In this document: positions 1 to 13,559 of the stretch, piece after piece
How positions within the stretch are numbered: position 1 is the stretch's first letter
Layout of the letters: every line of letters starts with the position of its first letter
NCBI GenBank assembly: GCA_951406725.2
Contig: OX597815.1
Location: 143,406,001-143,470,000 of the forward strand
Length of the DNA: 64,000 nucleotides
DNA from: Octopus vulgaris
Lineage: Eukaryota
Reading direction: 5' to 3'
The notes under the pieces: generated by a model
The model's input: only the letters and a program-made list of their open reading frames with translations
Databases searched by the model: none
Told to the model about the DNA's origin: nothing
Made by a program: the position numbers and the translations under genes

Positions 1-196
1 GAATGTTTGGAGAACAGTTTTGTCCCTTGCACACATAATGAGGCAAACCTGGCTAACTACATTACCACCCCTGGAGGGGTTATCATGAACTGGGAATGCT
101 ACCCCAGTTATAGCAACAACAACAGCAATAATTATAATAATAACAATAATAATAATAATAATGATGATGATGATGATGATGATGATGATAATAACA

Positions 197-380
197 GTTT
201 CAAATTTTGTCACAAGGGCAGCAATTTTGGGGGAGGAGATGAGTTGATTAGATTGACCCCAGTATTCAACTGGTACTTAATTTATCGACCCTGAAGGTAT
301 GAAAGCAAAGTCGACCTCGGCAGAATTTGAACGCAGAACAGCAACAGGCGTGCTAACAATTCTGCCAGCTCACCACCTTA
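197..380 (-). mobile_element. tRNA-derived SINE family A (Meta-domain-like core)
   Basis: Reverse complement of the AAGGTGGTGAGCTGGCAGAA...GTCGACTTTGC-TTTCAT...GGGTCGATAAATTAAGTACCAG motif that recurs many times in the window; flanked by (AAT)n/(GAT)n. Confidence 0.85.
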
Positions 381-423
<43 letters not shown>

Positions 424-1329
424 TAATAATAACAACAATTAAACAGAAGTCCACAGATTTTTAAAGAAGAATGATTTAACCTAATATACAACTAGTACTT
501 ATTTTTTTCTATGATGGTGACGGTGATGGTGCTGGTGCTGATGGTTGTGATAAAGGTAGTGATGATGGTGGAGGTAGTGGGGGTGATTATGATAAAGGTG
601 GTGATGGTGGTGGTGGTGGTGGTGGTGGTAGAGGTGGTTCAGTGATGATAATGATGATGATGCAGTTATTTTAATTGACTTTGATCAAGTAGACCTATGA
701 TTTAAAATGATATCTTTCAGATGGCACTCTCCTGTCCTTTATACAGGCATAATGCATCTAGGAATACATTATCCAATATGTCATTGTTTTATTAAGACAG
801 TTGTGCAATCAATACGAGGAAGGTTTGGCTGCTATTTCTAAAAGATCAAATGACCATGCAGAGACTCTGCCATTGACCTGTTGCTGATAATGATGGTGAT
901 GATGATGATGATAATGTGGAAGAGGAGATGGAGGAAGAGGGGGAGGAGGACAAACCGAGCGTGGGGTGAGGTTAGCAACTGAGTGGTTGGAGTAGCAGAC
1001 AAAATGAAATGTCAACAGGTGATGTTTAGAAGACAAGAGACAAAGGTCAATGGTTGCTACACCAGCCAAGAGGAGAGGTCAATGGTTAGTGGTAGCAGAC
1101 AAAATGAGAAGTTAGTGGTTCATATTTTGTGAGCAGCACTGTAGTATGTCTGGCTGGGGTTAACACAGTTAATTGCTCACCTAGCTATAAACTGAGTCCT
1201 ATGAGGTGGTATATCATAACTGTCCACCTGGCCATAAATAGTTACTACAAGGTGGTGTATCTCTCATCTACAGGGAATGACACTGATAATGACATACTGA
1301 CTTATAGCTCGAAGTCCAATTCTTTCCAT

Positions 1330-1640
1330 ACCCCAAAATAACTACAGATCAATGCTGCACATCTTTATGAAAACTGAAGTGAAGTTTCATAAAGACTATT
1401 AGGGATTCTTGTGGTTTGTTAAAAAAAATTTAGCAAGAACTCCTAGCTATGTAACAATTTTAGTAAACTAAATATCCGTTGAGCATGGTAGATCCACTCC
1501 AAACTGTTGAACATCACACAACTTCTCATGTTAATCCTATATCTATAGCAGATAGAAAGGTTTATGTTGATCCGATATCTATACCAGACAAAAGAGTTTC
1601 ATAAAATATAGGTTTCCCCTTTAGGATTAGGAAATACTTT
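1330..1640 (-). pseudogene. Highly decayed non-LTR retrotransposon RT fragment (possibly R4/Dong-like)
   Basis: Faint resemblance of minus-strand translation to DIG...KC and GE.YKYLG RT motifs; many disruptions. Confidence 0.25.
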
Positions 1641-3529
1641 CAGGTCTGTTCAGTCACTCAGGTCTGTTCAGTCGGCAGTTCTCGAGTCTCTGAACAAGCA
1701 GAGCTGTGTACCACTCTAGACTTCATCAACCTTATTGAAGTTTCTCTCACTATAACCCCATGCTAAGCACAAACAAAATACAATATTTCTTCTCCATAAC
1801 TGCAACTCTCAAAATACATCTTTGTCCTCATTTTCCCTCCGGTACAAGTAACAGTTCACCATCATCCACATCAATCTCGACAATAGGGGAGTACCACCAA
1901 AAGCCCAAGGTATTGCCCTTCTCTTTTGGTCAAATGATATAAATTATAAAAACAGGTCTGTCAAGTATGTTTGTCAAACATTAAACGTGATTCTGTTATT
2001 AAAATGTTTGTCAAACATTACAACTATATCAAACATGACAACATGCCAAAGAAGCATTCAGTTTTCAAATAGTACAACTCTTTTAAACATGTTTGTCATT
2101 ACAACTTCATCAAACATTACAATATGTTTGCCAGGCATTACAGGTTAGTCAGTGAACTACAATATTTCACATGGAGGTAACATGTCAATAAAACCATGGA
2201 CACTAGCAGACTACTCATTGAATGTCACTAGGGTTTAATGGTATCACATGGTAGGCTAAACTAGATGTGTGAAGTGGATAGCATACAGTGAGAACACAAT
2301 ATCAAATGGAGGTGTTGACTGTTCAAGGTGGAGACAACATGAAGGTCACAAAAAAGTCAACAGTTTGGTCATTGTTTTACACTGTTTTGGTTGGTATATT
2401 TTCTGGCCATCTTCCGGTGTTTCACATTTGTATATGTGAGGACATCCACATGTGTGCATCTGTAGAAAAGATTTGTGTGTCTGTGTAGTAAAAGGTTCTG
2501 TGCATGGGTTGTGAGTAACTGATTTATTTCTGTTTCTGTGTATACATGCCTGTACTATGTCGTGTTAGTGTAAGTGTATGCATGTATGTGTCTGTGTGCA
2601 TTTGTGTTAGAGTATGCATGTGGGTGCATATATGCATGTGCTAGGTAGAAATGATATCCAAACCAAAGAGGCAATCAGAACCTGAAGACTGTTAAAAGAT
2701 ACACCAAGTGAACTGTTGTGTTTAAAGTAACAGGAAACATGAAATAAATAAACTTTAAGAGTCTACCTCTACACAAAACTGAGAACTGTACTTGGAGACA
2801 AGTGGTTCAAGTTGGTCAGGGTTGAGGAAATAAATCACAAAGTAAAAACTAAACTAGTCATGATGTAGGAGGAATGGAAACAAACGACAACAACTACAAT
2901 AATGACAACAACAACAACATCAACCAAGAATGAACAGGAGCACTAATTTGCATAATACATGACCACAGAGATAACAAAACAAAGTAAGGGGTGTCATAGA
3001 GAAGTGAAATACCCAACATCATACGAGGTTAGCCCAAATTCATAGGAACTCTACAAGAAAAGAAGATGACAGAAATAGCAACAAAAACGAACATTTTAAC
3101 AATAATTTGTAACTGGCTTTTAGACTTCTAAAATAAGGAAATTTACCAAAACATTTATTATAGTTTAAGTGTAACAGATTAACTAACAGACTATGAAAAC
3201 ACAAGCAAAAAGTAAACACAGTTTATATATATATATATAAATTTAGTAAAGTTCATGTATTTGATAAAATTGTAGGTAATGAAGAGTACAGAATGAGAAA
3301 TCATTAGACAAATTTTCAAAATTTACCAAATTATTTTTGTCAATAGAGATTGCTACTAGTTCTCAGGAGCATTGGTTTTATTTGTGTAAATATATGTGAT
3401 TTTAGGTGAATAAAAAAAAGGTTAGTACTAGCAAAGGCCCTGACCATAAACACTGTCTCAAAAACTCCTACTCGATCCATGCTAATGCAGAAAAGCTGAC
3501 ATGGAACAATGATTATACATGTGCATGTG

Positions 3530-3840
<311 letters not shown>

Positions 3841-4500
3841 TAGCTGTCTAAGAATCCATAGGTCAGTAAAAATATGCACTTGTATATTTGTCAGTAGAGT
3901 AGGTGTATTAATCGAAATGTACAGTATTATACATTCATCATGGCCAACCGGTTTCACACTAGGAGTTCAATGGAGTGTTAGGTAGCATTCCAATTATGTA
4001 ACCTTGTGCTCTTCAAAGATGGCAGTTATGGAATGAAATATGACGACTGCTCTCATACTGCACTTCAATTAGTGAGTGTGTGTGTGTGTGCATGTGTGTC
4101 TGCGCATGCATGTGTGTGTGTATAGGCTCATCTTTATAAGCATTGGCATTCTTTTATCAACCAGACTGGAAATTCACCTCAGCTTTATCAATGTACACAT
4201 ACATTTAAAATAACCTAATAACCTGGTCAGTGTTTTTACACTCTCATACAGACATAAAAAGATTTTGGTAAAAACCCAGCCGCCATCTGTATGTGGTTAT
4301 TGATTTCAAAATTTGAAAGGTCTGAATTTAAGATCTGAGTTTTTATCAAATTACAAACGTCCTCCCTAGTATCTATTAGTATGTCATGCGACCCCAAATG
4401 AATAATGCCATATGTACTTATAAATAAAGGAAAATTATTAGTTCCCACATTCATATTTTATCAGGCTTCTTATCTCCATTCCTGAAAAATTCTCCTTTAA

Positions 4501-4670
4501 CCCTTTAGCATTCAGATTATCTGTCAAATGTAATGCTTATTTATTTACAATGTTTGGAATTAATCAAGCATCATCTCATATCTCTGAGATGTCAATGATG
4601 TTTTATTTTTAGAATGACATAACAGGGTAGGTATGAGAGATCACATCTGGCTGCTTTATATGCTAATAGG
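4501..4670 (+). mobile_element. Truncated piggyBac-like MITE
   Basis: TTAA followed by CCCTTTAGCATTCAG; body matches complete copy at 55879-56098. Confidence 0.75.
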
Positions 4671-5346
4671 TCGAAGAAGCTGTTTTTCTTGTATCTCATC
4701 TTTATTCCTCTTGCATGCTTCATACGTTTTAAATTAAATTTTCTTATATCATTGCCAGCATATAATTTTTTTTCCTTTTATCCATTTACAAACTTCTTCT
4801 GGACCATACATAATGTTAGCCACATCCATACTTTTCTACACCATACATGCATCTTTCTGCATCTATTTGTGTTGTTTCTTTATTTTCATTTTTTTAAATG
4901 CATAATCTAAACCACTCAAACTTTTCTTATCTCTCCTAACTTTCTATTTAGATAGCAGTTGCTTTATGTTCTCAATTAACATTGAATTTCAATATCATGA
5001 CAAGCCAAACTTGCCATGATATTCAATTATTTCCTGAATGTTTTATGATATGTATTGGTTTCTTTCTTCTGTTGTCTATAACTTTCAGAAGAAAGGCAGT
5101 GAGAAACTCAGAGTTATGATTCATGAGCTTTGAAGAGCCCAGTATTCAGTACCCACTCTTGTCTCTCTTTTTTGCCTTGTAGCAATTATACATATATACA
5201 TATATGTGCATGTGAGTGTGTGTGTGTGTACATACCATTGGCAGAAGATTAGCATCACGCTTGAAACTCAGAGTACCAAGGAGTTTGAATCAAACTATTT
5301 TGATTTGTATATCTATCTATCTATCTATATATATATATATATATAT

Positions 5347-5348
<2 letters not shown>

Positions 5349-5377
<29 letters not shown>

Positions 5378-5745
5378 GTTTAACGACCATTTTCCATGCT
5401 AGCATGGGTTGGACGGTTCGACCGGGATCTGGGAAGCCAGGAGGCTGCACCAGGCTCCAGTCTGATATGGCAGTGTTTCTACAGCTGGATGCCCTTCCTA
5501 ATGCCAACCACTCCATGAGTGTAGTGGGTGCTTTTTACATGCCACCGGCACAGGGATCACAACTACAATTTCCATTGATTTTTGATGTTGATGTACTTGA
5601 CTCAATAGGTCTCCTCAAGCACAGGGTCGAAACAGTGTTTCTTTACTTGCCACCTGCACAGGAGTCAGTCCAGCGGCACTGGCAACTGCCGGGTGCTAGT
5701 CATAGGATTGGTTCAACTTCGATTCCGATTTCACTTGCCCCAACA
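5349..5745 (-). mobile_element. RTE-LINE 3' UTR / RTE-tailed SINE with (GAT)n tail
   Basis: Reverse complement of GTTGGCATTAGGAAGGGCATCCAGCTGTAGAAAC...CCAACCCATGCTAGCATGGAAA...TTAAACGATGATGAT; same family continues from RTE ORFs at 13560 and 63301. Confidence 0.85.
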
Positions 5746-5861
5746 GATGTATGTAATGTTAAAGCGTTGTACCTGATTAATTTGGAAAAATTAATTAATA
5801 ATTAATAATTTTACCAAGTAGTTCGGTATGTTAAAAGAACCATTATCAGTAAACTTAAACA

Positions 5862-6233
5862 AAAATTTTATAATTATGAGTATAATTATAATTAGGGTTC
5901 AGCAAAAACTTGCTTCACCACATGCCAAAATTTAGATATAGCAGTTAAAACTAACTATTTCACTACCATAAGAAAATCTCCCAGACAGCAATACTCAACA
6001 ACCCATGCAGGTAAAGAGAAAAAAAATAACGAATCCACCTGGCTTTGATTAAATGGGTGGATTTGTTATTTTTTTTCTCTTTACCTGCATGAGTTGTTGG
6101 GTATTGCTGCCTGGGAAATTTTCTTATGGTAGTGAAATAGTTAGTTTTAACTGCTATTTCTAAATTTTGGTATGTGGTGAAGCAAATTTTTGCTGAACCC
6201 TAATTATAATTATACTCATAATTATAAAATTTT
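5862..6233. repeat. Long inverted repeat: 178-bp arms, 16-nt spacer
   Basis: 5862-6039 is the reverse complement of 6056-6233 with about 8 mismatches by eye. Confidence 0.95.
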
Positions 6234-6299
6234 ATATATATATATATATATATTCAGGAAACAGCTTAATGTATTGGTGAACAGTCAACAGCATTGGAG

Positions 6300-7488
6300 A
6301 GCATAAAGATTAAAGTTGTAGTTGAGAAAAAGGTAACTGACATGGAGGGCTGGAAATCATCTGAATATTGAAAAAGTGTTACCTGTATCATGATGATTCG
6401 TGCTGAGTATTAAAATGTTAATGTTATGACTGCTAGTCAATGCTCTGTGAACACTGTAAAGTCTGTAAGATGTGATATGGACAGCTATACAATGAAGACT
6501 ATGAAACCATGGGATACAGCAGATGTTCTGACTGTGTCCGCAAGCCAGAATTCATCCAAGTATTGCAAGACAAAGTGATGGAAGATCCAAGAAAGGGAAT
6601 CTGGGCTTTGGTGAGAGAGATGGGTGAGGGGGTTGCCATCATGAAGCTAGCCCTAAAGGAGGGCTCATGCACAAGGTACAACAAACAAATTCTGACAACC
6701 AAGGCCCAGAAGAACTGCTTGATGAAAAGCAAAGAGACTTTGAATAAGCTGAGGTATCCTGTGGAGCCAGAGATGACCTGGTTTTTCTCAGATGAAAAGA
6801 ACTTCTACTAGTATCACTTGTACAACACCCAGAACAGGTAGCCTGCCTACTGTCTATGTCATGTCTCATTGTATCATGAAAACCATTTTCCCCCACACTG
6901 TAATGGTTTTTGGGTGTGTAATGTCACCTTAGTAAGGGTGATGTGATGCGACTTCAAATTTTTGAACAGAGCCTTAGGATCAATTCGGACATCTTTGGCG
7001 ATACTGCTGGAGACTGTGGTCAAACCCTGCATGGAAATGGTTGTCACTTGAAGACCATATATGTGGCAGCAGGACTCAGCTCCTTGCCATAAGAGTCAGG
7101 AGCAGTTGTCAGAGAATTTCCATGACTTCACTAGCCCCTGACTTCACCAGTTCCACTGATTATAATCCCATGGATTACAATGCACAGGGTGCAATTTCAA
7201 AAGACATCAACTGCTTTTCCTGCAACACAACACCGAGGCCATGCTGGTGACCAAGACCAAGGAGGTGTTCAAAGATCTTTCCAGAGTCACAGTGAGAAAT
7301 GCATGCACCAGGTTCCAGAGCTGTCTTGAGGCCATGGTGAAGCAGAGAGTGGCTACATTGAGTGAACAGTTATCTCCCAGCCATAATCTAGTAGGTATTT
7401 TTTGAATTTTAAAATAGTTTAAATTTTAAGTAGAATACAATATTTTCTCTTCCTTTCATGCAAACTGCCAAGTTTAGACTGAACACCC
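6300..7488 (+). pseudogene. Decayed Tc1/mariner (maT/DD37D-like) transposase
   Basis: Motifs WFFSDEKNF (ORF 6509-6811), VMVFGCV, YMWQQDSAPCH, SSTDYNPMDY (SPDLNP.DY equivalent) and ACTRFQSCLEA in order, with stops and frameshifts. Confidence 0.9.
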
Positions 7489-7576
7489 CCACCTCTCTCT
7501 CTATATATATATATATATGACTGCAGCTACATGGCTGAAATGAGTAAAAGAATACACACACGTGCACACACACATA

Positions 7577-7720
7577 TAACTTAGTGGTTCAGCAAAAGAG
7601 CCTGACAGAATAAGTACTAGGCTTACAAAGAATAAGTCCTAGGGTCGATTTTTACGACTAAAGGAATTGCTCCAGCATAGCCACAGTCAGATGACTGAAA
7701 CAAATGAAAGAGTAAAAGAG
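7577..7720 (+). mobile_element. SINE family B 3' part
   Basis: AGAATAAGTACTAGGCTTACAAAGAATAAGTCC...GACTGAAACA...AAAAGAG matches reverse complement of the copy at 33012-33420. Confidence 0.8.
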
Positions 7721-8559
7721 TATGTATGTATGCATGTGTATATATGTATGTGTGTATGTATGCATGGTTTTAATTGACTGTATTTTGTCCTAAAATCTAC
7801 ATTAAGCTATGAATATGCTAATTTTGATAGTTGAGTACTGAGCTATTTTTAATATTGCAGTTATTTTCTGTGGAGATGAAACATGGAGAAAATTATGCAT
7901 ATGAAGAAAATACAAGCTACTACTGGAATAATCAGTTTTTCAAAATAATGCCAGCAGTGAAATATGGAGTTGGATTTAAATTTTATTAAAACATTTTAAA
8001 AACATATAGAAAGGGAAGTTTTAAAATTTGGTTTACAATTTGTCATGCTTATAAGAGTGTCATTCACTGGTGTGTTCAATACAATTAATGTTAGACGAAT
8101 GAGAGGTAAGTCTTTGAAAATATGGAGAGACTCATTCATGGCCAAACTGGATACCAAATGGGTATCACTCTTTGCTGTTGTTGTTCAGCTTTGGGTTAAC
8201 TTAGATCAAGCAGAGCTATGACCAAAGATATCCTAACAATAACCATTCCATCTGTTCATAATTGACTTCAAATTAAAAATGGTAGAGAATGATTTGGTTA
8301 CTATTTCTAGCAGGTTGAGCAACCTAGTAGAGACCTTGCTATTGTCTTTAGTGCTAGAACAGCTTGCTATGATGGAATTTCCATCACTTTTGACGACAAA
8401 AAGTCGAATATTTAAGTGGATTGTGAGATTATAGTGGCTCATGTTCAACTTGAATACTAGAGATAAATGGCATTTATTTACAACAATTCATGTAATATCA
8501 AGACAAGGAAATACAAACATGCTCTTTCTCACACTTATACGCATACATTCAAATACACA

Positions 8560-8948
8560 TACATGGCCTCATGGAGGCAAAGTGGCAGAGTTCATTTCGA
8601 GCGTTAGGCCTCATGCATGCCAAGTGGCTGAGTTCCTTTTGAATGTTGGGCCTCGTGGAGGCAATGACCAAGACCTTTGGCATTATGTCGTGCTTGAGAA
8701 GAAGACCCATCAAGCTGAGCAAAATTGCAATTGTGGCAGATACCGGTGTCACGCAAATGGCACCCATGCCACTAGCACATAAAAGCACCCATTACACTCT
8801 CAGAGTGGTTAGCATCAGGAAGAGCATTCAGCCATAGAAAACCATGCCAAATCAGACTGGAGTCTGGTGCAGCCTTCCAGCTTACCAACTTTGGTCAAAC
8901 CATCCAACCTATGCCAACATGGACAATGGATGTTAAATGATGATGATG
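8560..8948 (+). mobile_element. RTE-LINE 3' end/UTR with (GAT)n tail
   Basis: DQDLWHYVVLEKKTH resembles RTE ORF C-terminus at 63840-63885; followed by the common 3' UTR. Confidence 0.8.
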
Positions 8949-8974
8949 AAACACACACAAACATATATACATAT

Positions 8975-9282
8975 CATGTAACCATGTGACTGACCAGCCT
9001 ATCGGATGTTGTTATACATTGCTGGTCACAATGCACTTTACATCGTTTTAGCTTTCGAATGATGTCATCCCACTGGCAAAGCAAGTGGATTGACATTCCT
9101 CTTGATTGGAAAGCCAGTCTGTTGCAGGGGTTATTCATTTACAGTTGAGCGGATTGGGATATAAAAAAAAAAAGTGTTTTGCTCAAGAACACAACATACT
9201 GCTCAGTCCAGGAACCAAATCCACAATCTTGTGGTCATGATCATTAATGCAATACCCTAACCACTAGGCCAAATGCCTTCAC
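8975..9282 (-). mobile_element. tRNA-derived SINE family C
   Basis: Minus strand head TGGCCTAGTGGTTAGGG (A box)...GGTTCCTGGAC (B-box-like) then GTGTTCTTGAGCAAAACAC; related copies at 17545-17720 and 56212-56430. Confidence 0.75.
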
Positions 9283-9296
9283 ACACACACACACAT

Positions 9297-9337
<41 letters not shown>

Positions 9338-9364
9338 TTCTCTCTCTCTCTGACACACACACAT

Positions 9365-9398
<34 letters not shown>

Positions 9399-9464
9399 TG
9401 TCTCTCTCTCTCACACACACACACATTGTCTCTCTCTCTCACACACACACACACACGCACACCC

Positions 9465-9620
9465 AGTGGGCTTCTTTTAGTTTTTGTCAACCAAAACAAC
9501 TCACAAAGGCTTTGGTCAGCCCAGGGCTATAGTAAGATAACATTTGCTAACGTGCCATGCAGTAGAACTGAACCCAGAACCATGTGGTGGGGAAGCAAAC
9601 TTCTCAGCCACACAGCCATT
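9465..9620 (-). mobile_element. SINE family B 5' part
   Basis: Reverse complement of GGCTGTGTGG...CCACATGGTTCTGGGTTCAG...GCATGGCAC head. Confidence 0.8.
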
Positions 9621-10428
9621 TGTACCTCAGTCTCTACAGAAAAAAATGGCTAGAGAGTTCGTGGACTGAGTGAACTCAGTTAAAAACTACCCCAACAATA
9701 TGGTGTTGATGATGGTGACATTAAACCAGATAACCTGTTAGAACACACCAGTCCATTCCATCCTAGCCCATCCACCCCCTTGATGGTAATACTGGCAGCG
9801 ATGATGATGTTGATGGGAAGGAGGAGTTTGTCAACGTGATGACAAACACAGATGGTTCTAATGACAATGATGATGGTGCAGGTGGTGCGGGAGGTGGTGG
9901 TGGTGATGATGTTGATGACGATGATGATGATAATAAGGATATTGTTGCAACTGTCTTTCCACTAATGTTAATAATGGTGGCAGTAGAGATGATGAGGATG
10001 ATGGTGATGATGATGATGGGGGCGGTAGTGGCAGAGGGAGTATGTCAATTACGGTATTGATGGTAATAGTGTGGTGTGGCAGTGATGGTGGTGGTGGTGG
10101 TGATGATTTCATCAGTGATGGTATTGATGGTGATCAGTAAAACTGAAAGTCGTAATTTTCCCCTTAAATATTTTCTTTGTTCCTTCCTATGTGTTGCTGT
10201 CAATTCTGCTTTTATTTTTCATTTATTTGTTGTGCTGCTAATGTTGTAGTCGTTGTTCTTGTTCTTGTTGCTGTTCCTTCTGTTGCTGCACTTGTTGTTG
10301 CACATCTTCTCCTTCTTCGATTCCTCTCCTCACTCCCCCCTACCCTCAGCTCACTCCCCCCCTCCCTCTACGGAGATTTCTTGCTCTTATCCTTGAGTTA
10401 ACTTAAGAGGAAAAATCATGAATCATAC

Positions 10429-10499
10429 ATTCTGGGAGATGGCAGTGTTCTTCTCTTTGACTTGTTGAAGACAATCCAAAATGTCAGATTCTTCTAATT
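10429..10499 (-). CDS. Weak candidate exon, (E)LEESDILDCLQQVKEKNTAISQN
   Basis: CAG acceptor (weak pyrimidine tract), GTATGA donor or read-through to TGA at 10423-10425; protein-like helical composition in non-repetitive DNA. Confidence 0.25.
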
Positions 10500-10704
10500 C
10501 TGCCAATCAACCTGATTCTTTTTGACAGAAGGATGGTTGATTCCAAAGGACAACCTTTCTCTGCCATCATAGCAACAATTTAGACAACCACCAATCAAAA
10601 CTAACCAATCACCTAACCACTCGTCTCTGAAACAACCTCAAGCACCACAACACAAAGTACACAAATGATTGCACACTAAAACACTGTGTGTGTGTACATG
10701 TATT

Positions 10705-10741
<37 letters not shown>

Positions 10742-10934
10742 GTGTAGCTCAACCAACCAATCAGAAACATTTGCCAATTAATCTTCTTTGAAACATACCA
10801 ACTAATCAGTTAGATACTTAACACTATCACTACACAAACACCACATAGCCACCATGCAGACCCTTAGTACCACTACATGACCACAGTACAACCGCCATTA
10901 CACAAGCACTACGGAACCACTAAAACAATTAATT

Positions 10935-12370
10935 GGGTCTACACCATTCAATGTCTTTTTAATATCTCCTTCTCTCCAGGGATATACCATGGTCCTTGGT
11001 AACACAATCTAGTGTATCCCACTCCTAACAAAGGTAACCACCTCAGACCTGCTGTCTCCTATTTACACCCACTTGCAGTATTTCTTAAGTAATGGAGATT
11101 GTTGTTTGTAATGATGTACTGCACCTAAATCCCTACCTCTCTCTTTCATTCTCTTTCTCTCACTCATTTTCTTTAATGGTTACTAGTATAGTTCCCATAA
11201 AACCAGATCCACAGGTGATCTACTTCCCTATATCATTGATAAGTGAGCATCCCTCTTATTGAAATTTGGTGAAAGCAATTTTGTCAGCCTCAACATTATC
11301 AGCAAAGCTTTCAACCATATATGGCATGCAAATCTCCTATTGAAAATCCAGGGACATGGGTGCTTTCTGTCTCTCATCTTTTGAATTGGTAGCTTCCTAT
11401 CTGATCTCACCATTGCAGCAATTCTTGATAAAGCTCTTTCCATTCTTCATTGTATCAACTTAGGAATACCCAAGTTTCAGTTTTGTCCCCAGCTCCCTTC
11501 CTCTCATACACATCAATGACCTATTTACCATCACATCCACTCTTGCACAAATGATACTACCCTTCATTATTCTTTATCTTCCACAACCAGAAATTATCTA
11601 CTTGCAATCTAGTCACCACACAAGACCTCCACTGATTCCATGAACCTTAAAAGTGATCAAAAAGGCAATTTCCGATAGCAAAAAGCACAAACACTACTCT
11701 TTCATGAAAACATCATCATACCGCACCTTAAACAAGAGCAGCATGCAGTTAGAATCTTTATGGCTACTCTCAATGTTGGGGTTCAATGTCACCAAGTATC
11801 TCTCCTGGTAAAAGCACCTCCTTAACATAGCTTACACCACATCCTAATGACTACCCCTTCACTCCAGGTTCAGAAAATACTTCAGCTTCCAACAGTTATT
11901 GACATTCTACTAAGCTCAGCTGAGGCCCATGATGGAGTTCATCCCCCCCCATCCGGGAGAATTTTACTGCTACATTCACAGACTTTCTAGACTGCATTCA
12001 GAGTAAGAACACCAAACTGACTGGCATAAACTTATTCACAGACACCCTCTAGCCTCTATTCTACATGTGTTGTCTCCTCTCTTTGCATTTTCTACTAAAA
12101 TTACAATAGCCTCTGCTGTTCTGAGCTGGGTTTGTACCTCTTCCACTCAGGCATTCCTGATTCCCTCTATTTCTCTTCTTTTTTCTTTTACCCTTGTTGT
12201 ATCCTCACATATCCATCAGGACCCACATTAACCACTGCCTCCTATCCTTCTTACTCAGAACATTGTTCCTCTGGTATCTCCTTTCTACTTATGTCTTTCC
12301 AGCAGAGTTGACTTGCAATGGCTCAAGGAAAACATTAATACAGGACTCTACAATTTCATAGGGCCTGTGA
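10935..12370 (+). pseudogene. Decayed Jockey/CR1-group LINE reverse transcriptase
   Basis: Ordered degenerate motifs RSTGDLL, ISKAFNHIWH (ALDISKAFD.VWH), IGSFLSDLTI, GIP..SVLSP, NDTTL (YADDTTL), KAQLRPMMEF. Confidence 0.85.
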
Positions 12371-13559
12371 AGAGCCTGGGCATAACCCCTTCCTCCAGAC
12401 CCAGCAGATAAAAACAATGAAATACGAACATGATATAAGAGGCTTTGTCTATGTAATTTAGCAACATCATATCCCTTCTTAACAGTATACATTGTTGCTA
12501 GTTACTAGTGTGACTGTGCAGTCTCCTACTCAACAAGTGGATATTTCAAGCCACACGCCTATGAGTTATTAAATGTCCCTCTGTGACTCAACTACCATAA
12601 AGACTGGTCATTAATAAACTACACCCATCTAATTCTTATATTAATCATCAACTGTCCCATCTTAGTAAGATCACCACAAAGACTGGGTGGTCATCATTAA
12701 ACAATTATCAACAGACCAGTACTTAATGGCCAACTTATCACCCCTATAACAACAACCTAATCAAAGAAAATTTACCAACAACAACACTTGCTCCATCAGA
12801 ACACCATCCCTACAATAGTAACAACACAAGTCTATGGAAACCCCACCACAAAACAAGCTTAAGTATATTAGTCTTTTCACTATCTCTTGACACAGCAACA
12901 AACATCACATCTGTTTTATTTCCACTAAAGTTAATTCTGATCAACAATAGTCTCAGAAACTATAGTTGCTTAATATAAATACAGTCATAAAACCCAATCT
13001 TATGGCAGTAGCTACTGTAGTGTGACGACAAACACATATAATATGGTATATAACTTTGCCTAACTACAAAAGTGGCAGTTATAACTTGAAAAAGGTATCT
13101 ATCTAGCTGTAAAAGCAACAATTTCAATAAAATATCTTGATCAATTTAGCAGGGAAAGATGAATGTTAAATAGTGAAAAACAGAAGACAAACTATGGCTC
13201 ATGAAAATTCTATACACTACCAAGATTGTAACCATAAAATTGCAGTTTTCATTATCCTATAATTGTTTAGCCCAAAATGCATACTAATTCTAAATACACC
13301 CTCTCTCACATTTATAATAATACCCTTCACTTTTCCTTCACGGAAGACACCTGTACACAAGTACGAAAACACCAGTACACTGGCATCATCGAAATGTAAC
13401 CTAGACACCCAAAATCAGATGTAGTCCTTTATTCACTAAAAGTGTGAGTTGGCCACAGCTGGAATGTTATTCAATATATGTCAGCTAAATTAGAGATGAT
13501 CTGTAGTTAAACAACCTCAAAAACCATTACCACCACCACTGGAAACTATTAATACTAAC

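Noticed and set aside
7861-8111. Plus-strand short ORF after TTGCAG and strong GAG|GTAAGT donor at 8106
   Set aside because: No recognisable peptide or partner exons; compatible with chance, though not excluded.
10440-10462. TGGCAGTG miR-34 seed match
   Set aside because: Only the seed matches; the rest differs from miR-34 and there is no simple ~60-nt pre-miRNA hairpin.
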